A stretch of DNA of 64,000 bases. It comes from an uncultured Planctomycetota bacterium. GTDB taxonomy: Bacteria > Planctomycetota > PLA2 > JAEUHO01. Both the position numbers and the translations under genes were made by a program. Below are positions 48,514 to 58,013 of this stretch, piece by piece. Location of the stretch: NCBI GenBank assembly GCA_963752285.1, contig CAVVXN010000005.1, forward strand, positions 1,664,001 through 1,728,000, read 5' to 3'. Under the pieces are notes generated by a model. The model was not told where the DNA came from. It made no database searches and saw only the letters and a list, made by a program, of their open reading frames with translations. The stretch's first letter is position 1; every line of letters starts with the position of its first letter.

Positions 48514-51435
48514 ATGCCCGACGCCCCCTCGACCGAGCCGCGCCGGGTCAGGACGTCGCGGTTCCGCCGCGTGGTCCGCTGGCTCCTCGTCCTGGCCGGC
48601 GTCTTCGTCGTGCTGCTCGTCCTCTCGCCGTTCGCGCTCGCGCTGCCCTTCGTGCGGAACCTCGTGGCGAGTCGCGCGTCGGCGGCGCTCGGCCGCGAGG
48701 TCCACCTGGAGAAGGCCTCGGGGTTCTGGACCTCGGGCCTCGAGCTTCAGGGGATCCGGGTCGCGAGCCCCGAGGGCTTCGACGAACCGCTCGCGACGGT
48801 CCGCCGGGTCCACCTCGACGTGAACCTCCTGGGCCTCCTGTCCGGCGACGTCTCCGTCCACGTGAAGGTGGTCTCGCCGTGGGTCACGTTGCTGCAGGAC
48901 GGCCGGGGACGCCGCAACACGGAGGGCCTCCTTCCGCGCCAGGACGCGGACGCGCCGTCGTCGGCCTCGAAGCCGCTCCACCTGGTCCTCGAGGTGGAGG
49001 ACGGCCGCGTGCGCGCGCGCGGCCCGGAGGGGGCCGAGGAGGTCCGGGACCTCGCCGCGCGCCTGGAGCTCTCGCCGAAGGGCGACCTCGCGGCGCGCTT
49101 CTCGGGCGTCGCCGTCGGGGCGGGACGCGGGGGCCAGGACGCCAAGATCGAGGTCGATGCGCGCCTCCCCGCACAGGGCCCGGGGCCCGTCGTGGTCCGC
49201 GTCCCGCCGCTGGACCTCGCGCGCCTGCGGGGTCTCGTCGGCGCGGCGACCGGCGTCGAGGACCTCGCGGGAGACCTCGCGGCGACGGCCGACCTCCGGG
49301 CGACCGCCGACGGCCGGGTCTCGGGCCAGGCCACGGTGGACGGCAACGGGCTCCGTCTCACGACTCCGGGCGGCCAACCCGTCGAGGTCGGTCGCCTCTC
49401 CCTCGCCCTCGACCTCCTCGAGGGCGGCGCCGCGAACGCGGGCGACGCGTCGCTCTCGCTCGCCGACGTCGTTCTCCCGAAGGGCCCGATCTCGCCGAAC
49501 GGCCACCGCGAGAAGGAGATCGTGCTCCAGGTCTCGGCCCGCCGTGCCGCGGGTCCGGGCGCGGACGGCAGCGCGAAGGCCGGCGCGGACGACGCGGGTG
49601 GCGCGACCGTGTTGCGTCTCGGTCGCGCGAGCGCGTCGTTCTTCACGCTCTCGAACGTCGCGAACGAGGCGCCCCTCGAGATGACCGTGGACGACGCGCA
49701 CGTCCACCTGGCGGGCGTCGCCGCGGCGCGCCTCGACCTCGCGGGCCTCGCGTCGGCGGCCGGCGGCCTCCTCGGGCTCGGTCCAGACGACCGGCTCGCG
49801 GGGACGCTGACGCTCCAGGCGAGGGCGGACCTCCGGGACGGCGCGGGCGGCGTGAACCTGGGCCTCCTCGGCGACCAACTCGTCCTGCCCGCCTCGCTCG
49901 GAGGCGCGGGCCTCGCGCCCGCCTCGCTCACCGGCAAGGCGAACCTCACGATGAAGGACGACGCCGTGGACGTCGTCGTGCCGAGCCTCTCCGGACTGGG
50001 TCTCGACCTGGACGGCGAGGCCCACGCGAAGGGCTCCGCGCTCCTCGGCGCGCACGTGCGGGCGCGGGGCGACCTCGAGCGGGCGCGGTCGCTCGTGGGC
50101 CCGCTCCTGGGGCTCGAGGCCCGGCAGCGCCTCGCGGGGCGCGTCACCCTCGACGCGGACGTGGTGCCGAAGGGCGGCACGCGCGCCGCGACGTTCGACC
50201 TGGCGATCGAGGATCTCTCGCTGACCGACGCGAGCGGTCGCGAGATCCTTCGGGAAGCGCACGCCGCCGCGAAGGGCGCGATCGACCTCGCGGACGGCGG
50301 CGGCGCGAGGGTCACGGGGCTGCACGCGGAGGCGCTCGGCGTCCTCCTCGACGCGAAGGGCGGGCTGGAGGAGACCGGCGGCGCGCGGTCGGTGGACGCG
50401 ACGCTGACGCTCGGGGGGGACGCCGGGCGGCTGGGGACCGCGCTCGCGCGTCTCCTCGGGCCGGACTACGCCGACCTCCGGGGCCGCGGGACGATCGACG
50501 GCTCGCTCGCCGTACAGGGCCCGCTCGCCGCGGGCGGCGCGTCCCTCCTCGTGAACGGGAAGCTGCGCCCCGGCTCGTACTCGACCGGCGGCCTCTCGCT
50601 CGACACGCCGACCCTGGAGATCGCTCGGAAGGGTGCGTCCGACCCGCTCGCGGTCGCCGTGCGAACCGGCGTGAACGGCGGGACCCTCTCGCTCGACCTC
50701 GGGCTCCGACCCGGGAGCGACAAGACGCCGTGGACCGCGCACCTCGTGGCGCGGTCGATCGACACGTCGTCTCTCGTCACGGGACGAGGCCCCGGCCGTT
50801 CGCTCCTCTATCTCGTGCCGACGATCCTCCCCGCGGGCGCCTCCGCGCGCGTCCTGTCGGGCCGGCTCGACGCGAACGCCGACCTCGCCGCCTCGGATCT
50901 CGGGGGCGACGCGCTCACGAGGACGGTCGCCGGCAAGGGCGAGCTCCACATGACGGACGGCGCGATCGCCGAGTCGACGCTCTTCCGCGCCGCCGCGGGC
51001 GGCCTCGGCGACGTCGGGCGGGCGCTGGAGCGCGCGGTCCCCGAGGTCGGGAAGGAGCTCGACGGGCTCGCGCACGCGGTCGCGTTCCAGAAGCTCGACT
51101 CCTGGTTCGAGGTGAGAGACCAGGTCGTGTACGTCTCGAACGGGCGCCTCACGGGCGACCAGGTCGTGGTCGGCTTCTCGGGGCGGGTCGCCTTCGCGGA
51201 GCAGGTCGCGCTCGAGGTCCCGGTCACGCTCCTCGGCACGCCCGGCGAGCGACTGCGTCGCGTGCTCCCCTCCGCGACGATCCCGCTCGGCGTCCAGGGC
51301 ACGCTCTCGTCGCCGCGCGTCGTGCCCGGCCTCAAGGCCGAGGATCTAGCGAAGGGGGCGCTCGAAGGGCTCCTCGGCGGAGGGAAGGGCGACAAGAGCC
51401 CCCTCGACCGCCTCAAGGGACTCCTGCCGAAGTGA
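48514..51435 (+). CDS. AsmA-like (repeating beta-groove) envelope protein
   Basis: GGAGG SD; N-terminal TM anchor, LGREV, long beta-rich body, C-terminal IPLGVQGTLSSPRV. Confidence 0.75.
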   Translation: MPDAPSTEPRRVRTSRFRRVVRWLLVLAGVFVVLLVLSPFALALPFVRNLVASRASAALGREVHLEKASGFWTSGLELQGIRVASPEGFDEPLATVRRVHLDVNLLGLLSGDVSVHVKVVSPWVTLLQDGRGRRNTEGLLPRQDADAPSSASKPLHLVLEVEDGRVRARGPEGAEEVRDLAARLELSPKGDLAARFSGVAVGAGRGGQDAKIEVDARLPAQGPGPVVVRVPPLDLARLRGLVGAATGVEDLAGDLAATADLRATADGRVSGQATVDGNGLRLTTPGGQPVEVGRLSLALDLLEGGAANAGDASLSLADVVLPKGPISPNGHREKEIVLQVSARRAAGPGADGSAKAGADDAGGATVLRLGRASASFFTLSNVANEAPLEMTVDDAHVHLAGVAAARLDLAGLASAAGGLLGLGPDDRLAGTLTLQARADLRDGAGGVNLGLLGDQLVLPASLGGAGLAPASLTGKANLTMKDDAVDVVVPSLSGLGLDLDGEAHAKGSALLGAHVRARGDLERARSLVGPLLGLEARQRLAGRVTLDADVVPKGGTRAATFDLAIEDLSLTDASGREILREAHAAAKGAIDLADGGGARVTGLHAEALGVLLDAKGGLEETGGARSVDATLTLGGDAGRLGTALARLLGPDYADLRGRGTIDGSLAVQGPLAAGGASLLVNGKLRPGSYSTGGLSLDTPTLEIARKGASDPLAVAVRTGVNGGTLSLDLGLRPGSDKTPWTAHLVARSIDTSSLVTGRGPGRSLLYLVPTILPAGASARVLSGRLDANADLAASDLGGDALTRTVAGKGELHMTDGAIAESTLFRAAAGGLGDVGRALERAVPEVGKELDGLAHAVAFQKLDSWFEVRDQVVYVSNGRLTGDQVVVGFSGRVAFAEQVALEVPVTLLGTPGERLRRVLPSATIPLGVQGTLSSPRVVPGLKAEDLAKGALEGLLGGGKGDKSPLDRLKGLLPK

Positions 51436-51460
51436 TCGCCCTGTCCGCGGCCCGCCCCGC

Positions 51461-52591
51461 TCAGGCGCGCGTGACGCGCGGTGCACGGGCGCCGAGGGCG
51501 CGGAGCAGGCCGGACAGGCGAAGGTGCGTGTCGTGGGTCTCGAGCGCGACCCGGACCTCGTCGCCGACCGCGCGCGCGCGCGGTCCGATCTGCCAGTCCA
51601 CGTCGTCCTCGAGCGACCACGCCCAATCGGCGGAGGCAACCCCCATGGGCTCGAAGAAGAGGGGGACGGGCGCAGGGGAGCCATCGAGGATCCACCGGAA
51701 CCAGCGATTCAGCGCGTCGGCGGCCTCGCCGGCGACGACCTCGTCGGCGAATCTCGCGCTCACCTCGATGACGGGTGCCTCTTCGTTCACGAGGAGAGCA
51801 TGCCTCGGGGCGAGCCCCTTCCAAGCCGGGACCCCGGCGGGACCCGGGACGCGTGCCCCGGCCGCCCCCCCGCCCTCGGTGCGCGCGGCGACCGCGGCGA
51901 CGACGCTTTGCGCCCCCGCGCGCCGGAGCGCCACGGCCGCGGCGCGGGCGGTGGCGCCCGTCGTCAGGACGTCGTCCACGAGGAGAACGGACCGGGAGCG
52001 GACGCGCGCCCGGTCCGCGCGGAAGGCCCCACGGGGAGATCGCCGCCGGCGCCCGCCTGCGAGGGAGGTCTGCGGCGGAACGTCCCGCACGCGGAGGAGC
52101 GCGTGGGGATCCCACGGCAGGTCGAGCTCCTTCGCCACGACGCTCGCCACGAGGAGCGCCTGATCGAAGCCGCGACGCCGGTGGCGGCGGCGCGACAGGG
52201 GGACCGGGACGACGAGGTCGCCGGGCACGTCGCGCGACTCGGCGGCGTCCGCGATCCCGCGGCCGAGCACCTCCGCGGCGCCGAGGCGACCCTTGAACTT
52301 CAACGCGAGCACGAGCTCGCGCGCCGCCGCCTCGTAGGGCCAGGCGGCGACCACGCCGTCGAGACGCAGGTCCTCGGCCCGGCAACGGCCGCAGGGCGCG
52401 CGCGCGGCGTAGGGCCCCGTCTGGCGACCGCACGCGGGGCAGCGCACCGACGCGGGGGGCAGCCGGGCCGCGCACGGGGGACAGAGGGAGGTCGGGTCCC
52501 AGTGGACGGCGCGGCAGAGCGCGCAGCGCGGCGGCAGGAAGGCGTCGAGGAGGGCCTCGGCGAGCGCGAGGGGGGCGCGGACCGCGATCAC
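51461..52591 (-). CDS. comF: ComF family (double zinc ribbon + phosphoribosyltransferase) with an extra C-terminal domain
   Basis: Four CxxC pairs, VPVPL...RRGFDQ, LLVDDVLTTGAT. Confidence 0.88.
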   Translation of the reverse strand: MIAVRAPLALAEALLDAFLPPRCALCRAVHWDPTSLCPPCAARLPPASVRCPACGRQTGPYAARAPCGRCRAEDLRLDGVVAAWPYEAAARELVLALKFKGRLGAAEVLGRGIADAAESRDVPGDLVVPVPLSRRRHRRRGFDQALLVASVVAKELDLPWDPHALLRVRDVPPQTSLAGGRRRRSPRGAFRADRARVRSRSVLLVDDVLTTGATARAAAVALRRAGAQSVVAAVAARTEGGGAAGARVPGPAGVPAWKGLAPRHALLVNEEAPVIEVSARFADEVVAGEAADALNRWFRWILDGSPAPVPLFFEPMGVASADWAWSLEDDVDWQIGPRARAVGDEVRVALETHDTHLRLSGLLRALGARAPRVTRA

Positions 52592-52663
52592 GACACGACA
52601 TCGCGCGGCCGGCCCCGCCGGTTACACGGGTCGCACCGACCGGTCGCGGGTGTCCCGCGGCGC

Positions 52664-52852
52664 CTACCGCCCCAACAGGTCCAGCGTGTGGGCGACGGTG
52701 GGGCCCGCGAGGTACACGGCGACCGCCGAGGCGGCGACCACGAGGAGCCACGCGATGCCGATCCAGGCCGCGGTCTCGGCTCCGGCCGTCGAGGCGGGCG
52801 CCCCCGGGGGCGCGGGCGCGGGCTCGGGGTTCGTGGCGGCGTTCCCGTCCAT
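52664..52852 (-). CDS. Small single-TM membrane protein (62 aa)
   Basis: GAAGGA upstream of ATG; hydrophobic WIGIAWLLVVAASAVAVYLAG; fills the gap before comF. Confidence 0.55.
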   Translation of the reverse strand: MDGNAATNPEPAPAPPGAPASTAGAETAAWIGIAWLLVVAASAVAVYLAGPTVAHTLDLLGR

Positions 52853-52908
52853 CGTTTCGTCGTCCTTCGACGGCCCGTAGGATGCCTCGGTTCCCACGGG
52901 AAGCGTAC

Positions 52909-55038
52909 ATGTCGAAGCGGCGCCGCGCCGAGATCCTGCTGCCGTCGCCGCTCGGTCTCGTCGCGTACGACGTCCTCGAGGACACGACGTACGTGGGCCC
53001 CGGACCGCGCGGCGGCCTGACGGCGGCCCCGAACCCGTTCCCGCGGGCCGTCGTCGTGCTCTCGGCCACCGAGCGCGGCCTCGTCGCGCGGCCGCTCCCG
53101 GGCGAGGCGGAGCCCCGGGTGAACGGCGAGCCCGCGGGTGACCGCGTGCTCGAGGACGGCGACCGGGTGGAGATCGGCGCGGAGGTCCTCCAGGTCCGGG
53201 GCCTCGCGCCCGCCGCCCCGGCCCGGACCGACGTGACGGCCCCGCCGGACGAGGGCCAGCGCCCGCGCGGCCGAGGCCCGCTCTTCCGGCGCCCGTGGTG
53301 GGTCCACGCAATCGGGCTGGCCGGCGGACTGGCCCTCCTCGCGGCGGTCGCCCTGGCCGTGAACCTCCTCTCGCAGCTGAAGGAGGGGGAGAAGGTCGTG
53401 GTGTCCATCCCGCCCCCGCCCGAGCCCCTCCCCGGGCCGGCGCACGACAAGGACGCGGCGGGCAAGGCGTACGACCAGGTCCTCCAGTGGGAGAACGAAC
53501 ACCCCGACGACCCCGACCGGCTGATCGCCCGCTGGCACGACTTCGTGCGGGCGTGGCCCGACCGTCCCGAGGCGGGCCGGGCGCAGGCGCACATCCGCGA
53601 GATCGTGGAACGCGCCGCTCAGGCCCGGCTCGACCAGCTCGAGAAGGACGTCGGCGCGCTCGTCCCACAGAATCGCTTCAACACGGCGCTCGCGAAGATC
53701 CGCGAGTACGAGCGGATCTACGGGGCGACCGAGTCGGGGCGCCGAATCGAGCAGGTCAAGAAGGGCGTGCGCGACGCCGCCCGGCGCGCGCTGGACGACC
53801 TCCTGAGGCGGGTCGGCCCGCGTGTCGCGTCGGACCCGCGCGGGGTCCACCGCGAGCTCCTCGCGGCGGGGCCGGAGTTCCCGCCCGACCTCGCCGCGGA
53901 GATCACCGACCTGATGGAGCGCGCGCTCGACCTGATGCAGAGCCAGGGCCACGCGCCGCTCTCGAACCCCCCGGGCTCCGGCGGCCCGGGCCCGTCGCCG
54001 GGGCCGGTGCCCGGTCCCCCGCCCGCCCCCGGCCCGGGCCCCGGTCCCACCGGCCCCGGCACGACGCCCCCGACGCCGAGCGCCGCCCCACCGGACGGGG
54101 CCGCGCCCACGCCCCCCGCGCCGGCAACCGAGCCCGAGGAGGCCCAGACCGTGGCGGCGTGGAAGGCCGCGCACGACGCCCTCGTCGCCGGGCGCTACGC
54201 CGACGCGTTCCAGGCCTACACGGTTCTCATCATGACGCACGGGAACACCGACGCGTACCGGCACAACAAGCGCGCGATCTCCGCGGGACGCTACGCAGCG
54301 AAGGTCGGTGCGGAGGGCGCGGCGGCGCTCCTCTCGGTCCCCGCGCATACCAAGCACGGGAAGATCGAGGTCGAGTACGGGTTCGACGACCCCCGCGTCG
54401 TAGAGCAGGACTTCTCGATCGAGCAGCCCTTCCCGAGCGAGCAGCCGATGGGCGGAACGCTCGACCACGGGACCGTACGGCTCACCGGGACGAGCGGCCT
54501 CTTCCACCTCTTCGTGTGGTCTCCGGACGTCCACCTCGAGGCGGACGTCGACGTCGAGGTGGCGCACGACGTCGGCGCGCTCGCGGTGGAGAACGCCGAC
54601 GAGCTCCGGGCGATCGTGCTGAGCCTCGCGAACCGGCGTTTCGGGCTCAAGAAGACCGCGAACCGCATCGAGAACCCCGGCCACGTGCTCTGGTTCATGG
54701 GCCAGGGCGCGTGGTCCACGGCCGACCCGGACGCGGTCGGCTACATCAAGATCGCCGAGCGCGGGACCGTGAAGCTCGAGAACGGTCAGTCCGGCACGAT
54801 CGAGCTCACACGCACCGGGGATCGCGCGGAGGCCGGTTTCCACGGCAAGAGCGAGAACGTGAGCCTCAAGGGCACGGTGCGAGGGGACGACGGCAAGGGC
54901 ATGGGTGCGGCGCGGGTCGGGCTGTTCGCGAACACGGGCGTGCTCGTGGTGCGGCGCGTGCGGATCTCCGGCACCGTGGACGAGGCGTGGTTCAAGGAGC
55001 GCCTGAAGCACCTGGTCGAGGACGACCCGGGGCCGTAG
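52909..55038 (+). CDS. Membrane protein: degenerate FHA-like domain, TM, helical region, Pro/Gly linker and beta-rich C-terminal domain
   Basis: RVNGEP...LEDGDRVEIG FHA C-terminal signature; TM WWVHAIGLAGGLALLAAVALAV. Confidence 0.75.
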   Translation: MSKRRRAEILLPSPLGLVAYDVLEDTTYVGPGPRGGLTAAPNPFPRAVVVLSATERGLVARPLPGEAEPRVNGEPAGDRVLEDGDRVEIGAEVLQVRGLAPAAPARTDVTAPPDEGQRPRGRGPLFRRPWWVHAIGLAGGLALLAAVALAVNLLSQLKEGEKVVVSIPPPPEPLPGPAHDKDAAGKAYDQVLQWENEHPDDPDRLIARWHDFVRAWPDRPEAGRAQAHIREIVERAAQARLDQLEKDVGALVPQNRFNTALAKIREYERIYGATESGRRIEQVKKGVRDAARRALDDLLRRVGPRVASDPRGVHRELLAAGPEFPPDLAAEITDLMERALDLMQSQGHAPLSNPPGSGGPGPSPGPVPGPPPAPGPGPGPTGPGTTPPTPSAAPPDGAAPTPPAPATEPEEAQTVAAWKAAHDALVAGRYADAFQAYTVLIMTHGNTDAYRHNKRAISAGRYAAKVGAEGAAALLSVPAHTKHGKIEVEYGFDDPRVVEQDFSIEQPFPSEQPMGGTLDHGTVRLTGTSGLFHLFVWSPDVHLEADVDVEVAHDVGALAVENADELRAIVLSLANRRFGLKKTANRIENPGHVLWFMGQGAWSTADPDAVGYIKIAERGTVKLENGQSGTIELTRTGDRAEAGFHGKSENVSLKGTVRGDDGKGMGAARVGLFANTGVLVVRRVRISGTVDEAWFKERLKHLVEDDPGP

Positions 55039-55059
55039 CGGCCCGGGGGAGGCGAGTCG

Positions 55060-56631
55060 ATGGCGGGCCCCGCGATCACGCTCGGTGGTCACCTGGCGGT
55101 CGAGGAAGCGCTCTCTGCGGCGCGGGGGCCCCGCCGCGTCCACCTCGCCCCGGGGGCGAAGCGCGCGGTGCGCGCGTCCGCGGCCCGGATCCGCCAGGCC
55201 GTCCGCGAGGGCGCGTGGATCTACGGCGTCACGACCGGTTTCGGGAGCAACGCGGTCGCGCCGATCCGTCCCGACGACGCGCAGGCCCTCCAGGAGAACC
55301 TGCTCCGGAGCCACGCGTTCGGCGCGGGTCCGCTCCTCGACGACGAGACCGTGCGCCTCGCCTTGCTGCTCCGCGTGCACGCGCTCGCACACGGCCGCTC
55401 GGGGCTGCGCCTCTCGACACTCGAGGCGCTGGCCCGCCTCTACGAGGAGGACGTCCTCGCCGAGGTGCCGAGCCGGGGGAGCGTCGGCGCGAGCGGCGAC
55501 CTGGCCCCCCTCGCGTACCTGGCGCTGCCGCTGATCGGCGAGGGCCGCGTGCGGCACCGCGGCCGGTCCACGACGGCGAAGCGCGCGCTCGCGCGCGCGG
55601 GCCTCGAGCCGGTGGCCCTCTCGTACAAGGAGGGGCTCGCCCTCGTGAACGGGATGCAGATCACGCTCGCGATCGCGCTCCTCGCGCTCGAGTCGGCGGA
55701 GGCGCTGCTCCTCGTGGCGGACGTCGCGGCGGCGCTCACCACAGAGGCCCTCGCGGGCCGCTCCGCCGCCCTCGACGCGCGCATCCAGACCGCACGCGGG
55801 CATCCCGGCCAGATCGCGAGCGCAGCGCGTATCCGCGCGGTCCTCGAGGGGAGCCGGCTCGTGGACGTCGCGCACGAGGCGATCCCGGGCAAGCGCCGCG
55901 CGCCCCAGGACGCGTACGGCATCCGCTGCGCCCCCCAGGTGCACGGCGCGGCGGCCGACGGCATCCGCTACGCGCGGGAGGTCTTCACGCGCGAGATCGA
56001 CGCCGTCACGGACAACCCGCTCGTGTTCGACCAGGACGTCCTCTCCGGCGGGAACTTCCACGGAGAGCCCCTGGGCCTCGCCGCCGACCACCTGCGCCTG
56101 TGCGTCCACGAGCTGGGGAGCATCGCCGAGCGCCGCGTCGCCACGCTCGTGGACCCCCTCCTGAACGAGGGTCTCCCCCCCTACCTCGCCCCGAAGCGCG
56201 GGCTCCACAGCGGGTTCATGATCCCGCAGTACGTCGCGGCCGCGCTCGTCAGCGAGACGAAGACGCTCTCGTTCCCTGCGAGCGCGGACTCGATCCCCAC
56301 CGGCGCGAACATCGAGGACCACGTGAGCATGGCGACCATCGCCGCGCGGCGTGCGCGCGAGACGGCCGACCTCGTGGCCACCGTGCTCACCATCGAGATC
56401 ATGGCGGCGTGCCAGGCGATCGACCTCCGGCGCCTCGCCCCCGCGCCCGCCTCCCGTCGGGTGATGGAGGTCGTGCGCGAGGCCGTGCCCTTCCGGGCCC
56501 GGGACGGTCTGTGGGGCGACGCGCTCGAGAAGGTGAAGGCCCGCGTCCTCGACGGCCGGGTCGCCCGGGCGGCGGGCCTGGGCGGGTCCGGCGATCCGTC
56601 CCGCGGCCGGAAGGGACGGCGCCGCCGATGA
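55060..56631 (+). CDS. hutH: Histidine ammonia-lyase
   Basis: YGVTTGFG, LLRSH (His-type SH pair), MIO motif GSVGASGDLAPL, KEGLALVNG, SGGNFHG, EDHVSM. Confidence 0.92.
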   Translation: MAGPAITLGGHLAVEEALSAARGPRRVHLAPGAKRAVRASAARIRQAVREGAWIYGVTTGFGSNAVAPIRPDDAQALQENLLRSHAFGAGPLLDDETVRLALLLRVHALAHGRSGLRLSTLEALARLYEEDVLAEVPSRGSVGASGDLAPLAYLALPLIGEGRVRHRGRSTTAKRALARAGLEPVALSYKEGLALVNGMQITLAIALLALESAEALLLVADVAAALTTEALAGRSAALDARIQTARGHPGQIASAARIRAVLEGSRLVDVAHEAIPGKRRAPQDAYGIRCAPQVHGAAADGIRYAREVFTREIDAVTDNPLVFDQDVLSGGNFHGEPLGLAADHLRLCVHELGSIAERRVATLVDPLLNEGLPPYLAPKRGLHSGFMIPQYVAAALVSETKTLSFPASADSIPTGANIEDHVSMATIAARRARETADLVATVLTIEIMAACQAIDLRRLAPAPASRRVMEVVREAVPFRARDGLWGDALEKVKARVLDGRVARAAGLGGSGDPSRGRKGRRRR

Positions 56632-57950
56632 GCCGCATCGAGCCCCGCACGCTGAAGGGCTTCCGCGACCTCTTCTTCGGCCCCGCGCGGCGTCGCGAGT
56701 CGATGGTCGCTCGCGCGACCGCGGCGTTCCGCCGCTTCGGGTACCTCCCCATCGAGACGCCCGCGCTCGAGTACGCGGAGATCCTCGAGGGGAAGGGCGG
56801 CGAGGAGAGCGACAAGCAGCTCTACGCCTTCGACGACGCGGGCGGGCGCCGGGTCGCGCTCCGCTTCGACCTCACCGTCCCGCTCGCGCGGTTCGTGGCC
56901 GAGCACCACGGCCGGCTCGCCTTCCCCTTCCGGCGCTACCACGTCGCGCCCGTGTGGCGCGGCGAGCGGCCGCAGAAGGGTCGCTTCCGCGAGTTCGTGC
57001 AGTGCGACGCGGACCTCGTGGGCGCCACGGGAGAGGCGGCCGACGCCGAGATGCTCGTGGTGCTCGACGCGGCATACCGCGAGATCGACGAGGGGGCGGT
57101 GCACCTCCGCGTGAACGACCGGCGCGTGCTCGAGGGGCTCCTCGATCGGCTCGGGGCCTCGGAGATCGCGGTGCCCGTGCTCCGCGCGCTCGACAAGCTC
57201 GACAAGCGGGGCGCCGACGCGGTCCTCGCCGAGATGTCGGCGGCGGGGCTTCCGAGCGCGGATGCGCGACGCCTGCTCGACCTCGCGGTGCCGGGCACGA
57301 GCGACGACGAGACGCTCCTCGCGCTCGGCCGGGCGGTCGAGGGGAGCCTGCGCGGCGAGGCCGGCGTCGAGTCGCTCCGACGCGTACGGGTGCTGGCGGT
57401 TGCTGGGGGCGTCGAGCCCGGGACACTCACCATCGACCCGCGCATCGCGCGTGGCCTGGACTACTACACGGGCATCGTCTTCGAGGCGACGCTCGCCGAC
57501 CGCTCCGACTTCGGGAGCGTCGGCGGCGGCGGTCGCTACGACGACCTCGCCGGCCTCTACACGAAGGAGCGCCTCCCGGGCGTCGGGGGATCCGTGGGGA
57601 TCGACCGCCTCCTCGCCGCGATCGAGGACCGCGAGGGCGATTCGTCGGAGCCCGCGCCCTGCGACGTGATGGTCGCGCACCCGGGCGCGGAGCGACTTCC
57701 GCGAGCGTTCGCTCTGGCCGCGGCGCTCCGCGGGGCGTCCTACGCGGTCGAGGTCTTCCCCGAGGAGCGGAAGCACGCGGCGCAGATGCGGTACGCCGAC
57801 CGGCGGAGGATCCGCTTCGTCCTTACCCTCGACGACGACGGCACCGTCCACGGGAAAGACCTCGTGGAAGGCGGCACGTTCGACGCGGCCGACGCGCCCG
57901 GCGTCGCGCACGCGCTCGCGAGCCGACACGAGGTCCCGCCGCCCGGCTGA
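56628..57950 (+). CDS. hisS: Histidine--tRNA ligase
   Basis: LRFDLTVP, RGERPQKGRFREFVQCD, RGLDYYTG, GGGRYD; anticodon-binding domain present. Confidence 0.96.
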   Translation: MSRIEPRTLKGFRDLFFGPARRRESMVARATAAFRRFGYLPIETPALEYAEILEGKGGEESDKQLYAFDDAGGRRVALRFDLTVPLARFVAEHHGRLAFPFRRYHVAPVWRGERPQKGRFREFVQCDADLVGATGEAADAEMLVVLDAAYREIDEGAVHLRVNDRRVLEGLLDRLGASEIAVPVLRALDKLDKRGADAVLAEMSAAGLPSADARRLLDLAVPGTSDDETLLALGRAVEGSLRGEAGVESLRRVRVLAVAGGVEPGTLTIDPRIARGLDYYTGIVFEATLADRSDFGSVGGGGRYDDLAGLYTKERLPGVGGSVGIDRLLAAIEDREGDSSEPAPCDVMVAHPGAERLPRAFALAAALRGASYAVEVFPEERKHAAQMRYADRRRIRFVLTLDDDGTVHGKDLVEGGTFDAADAPGVAHALASRHEVPPPG

Positions 57951-58013
57951 GCCGCCGGCCCGCGGCGTCCCGGCCCCCCACGCGCCCTCCGGGCGCTCCC
58001 CCTCGACACCCGG

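Noticed and set aside
52664..52852. Flp/type IV pilin
   Set aside because: It has a hydrophobic helix but lacks the G|xxxxEY prepilin motif, and no tad or pil genes are adjacent.
53965..54135. DNA repeat element in the GC-rich CCCGG stretch
   Set aside because: Explained by the in-frame Pro/Gly linker of the 52909-55038 protein.
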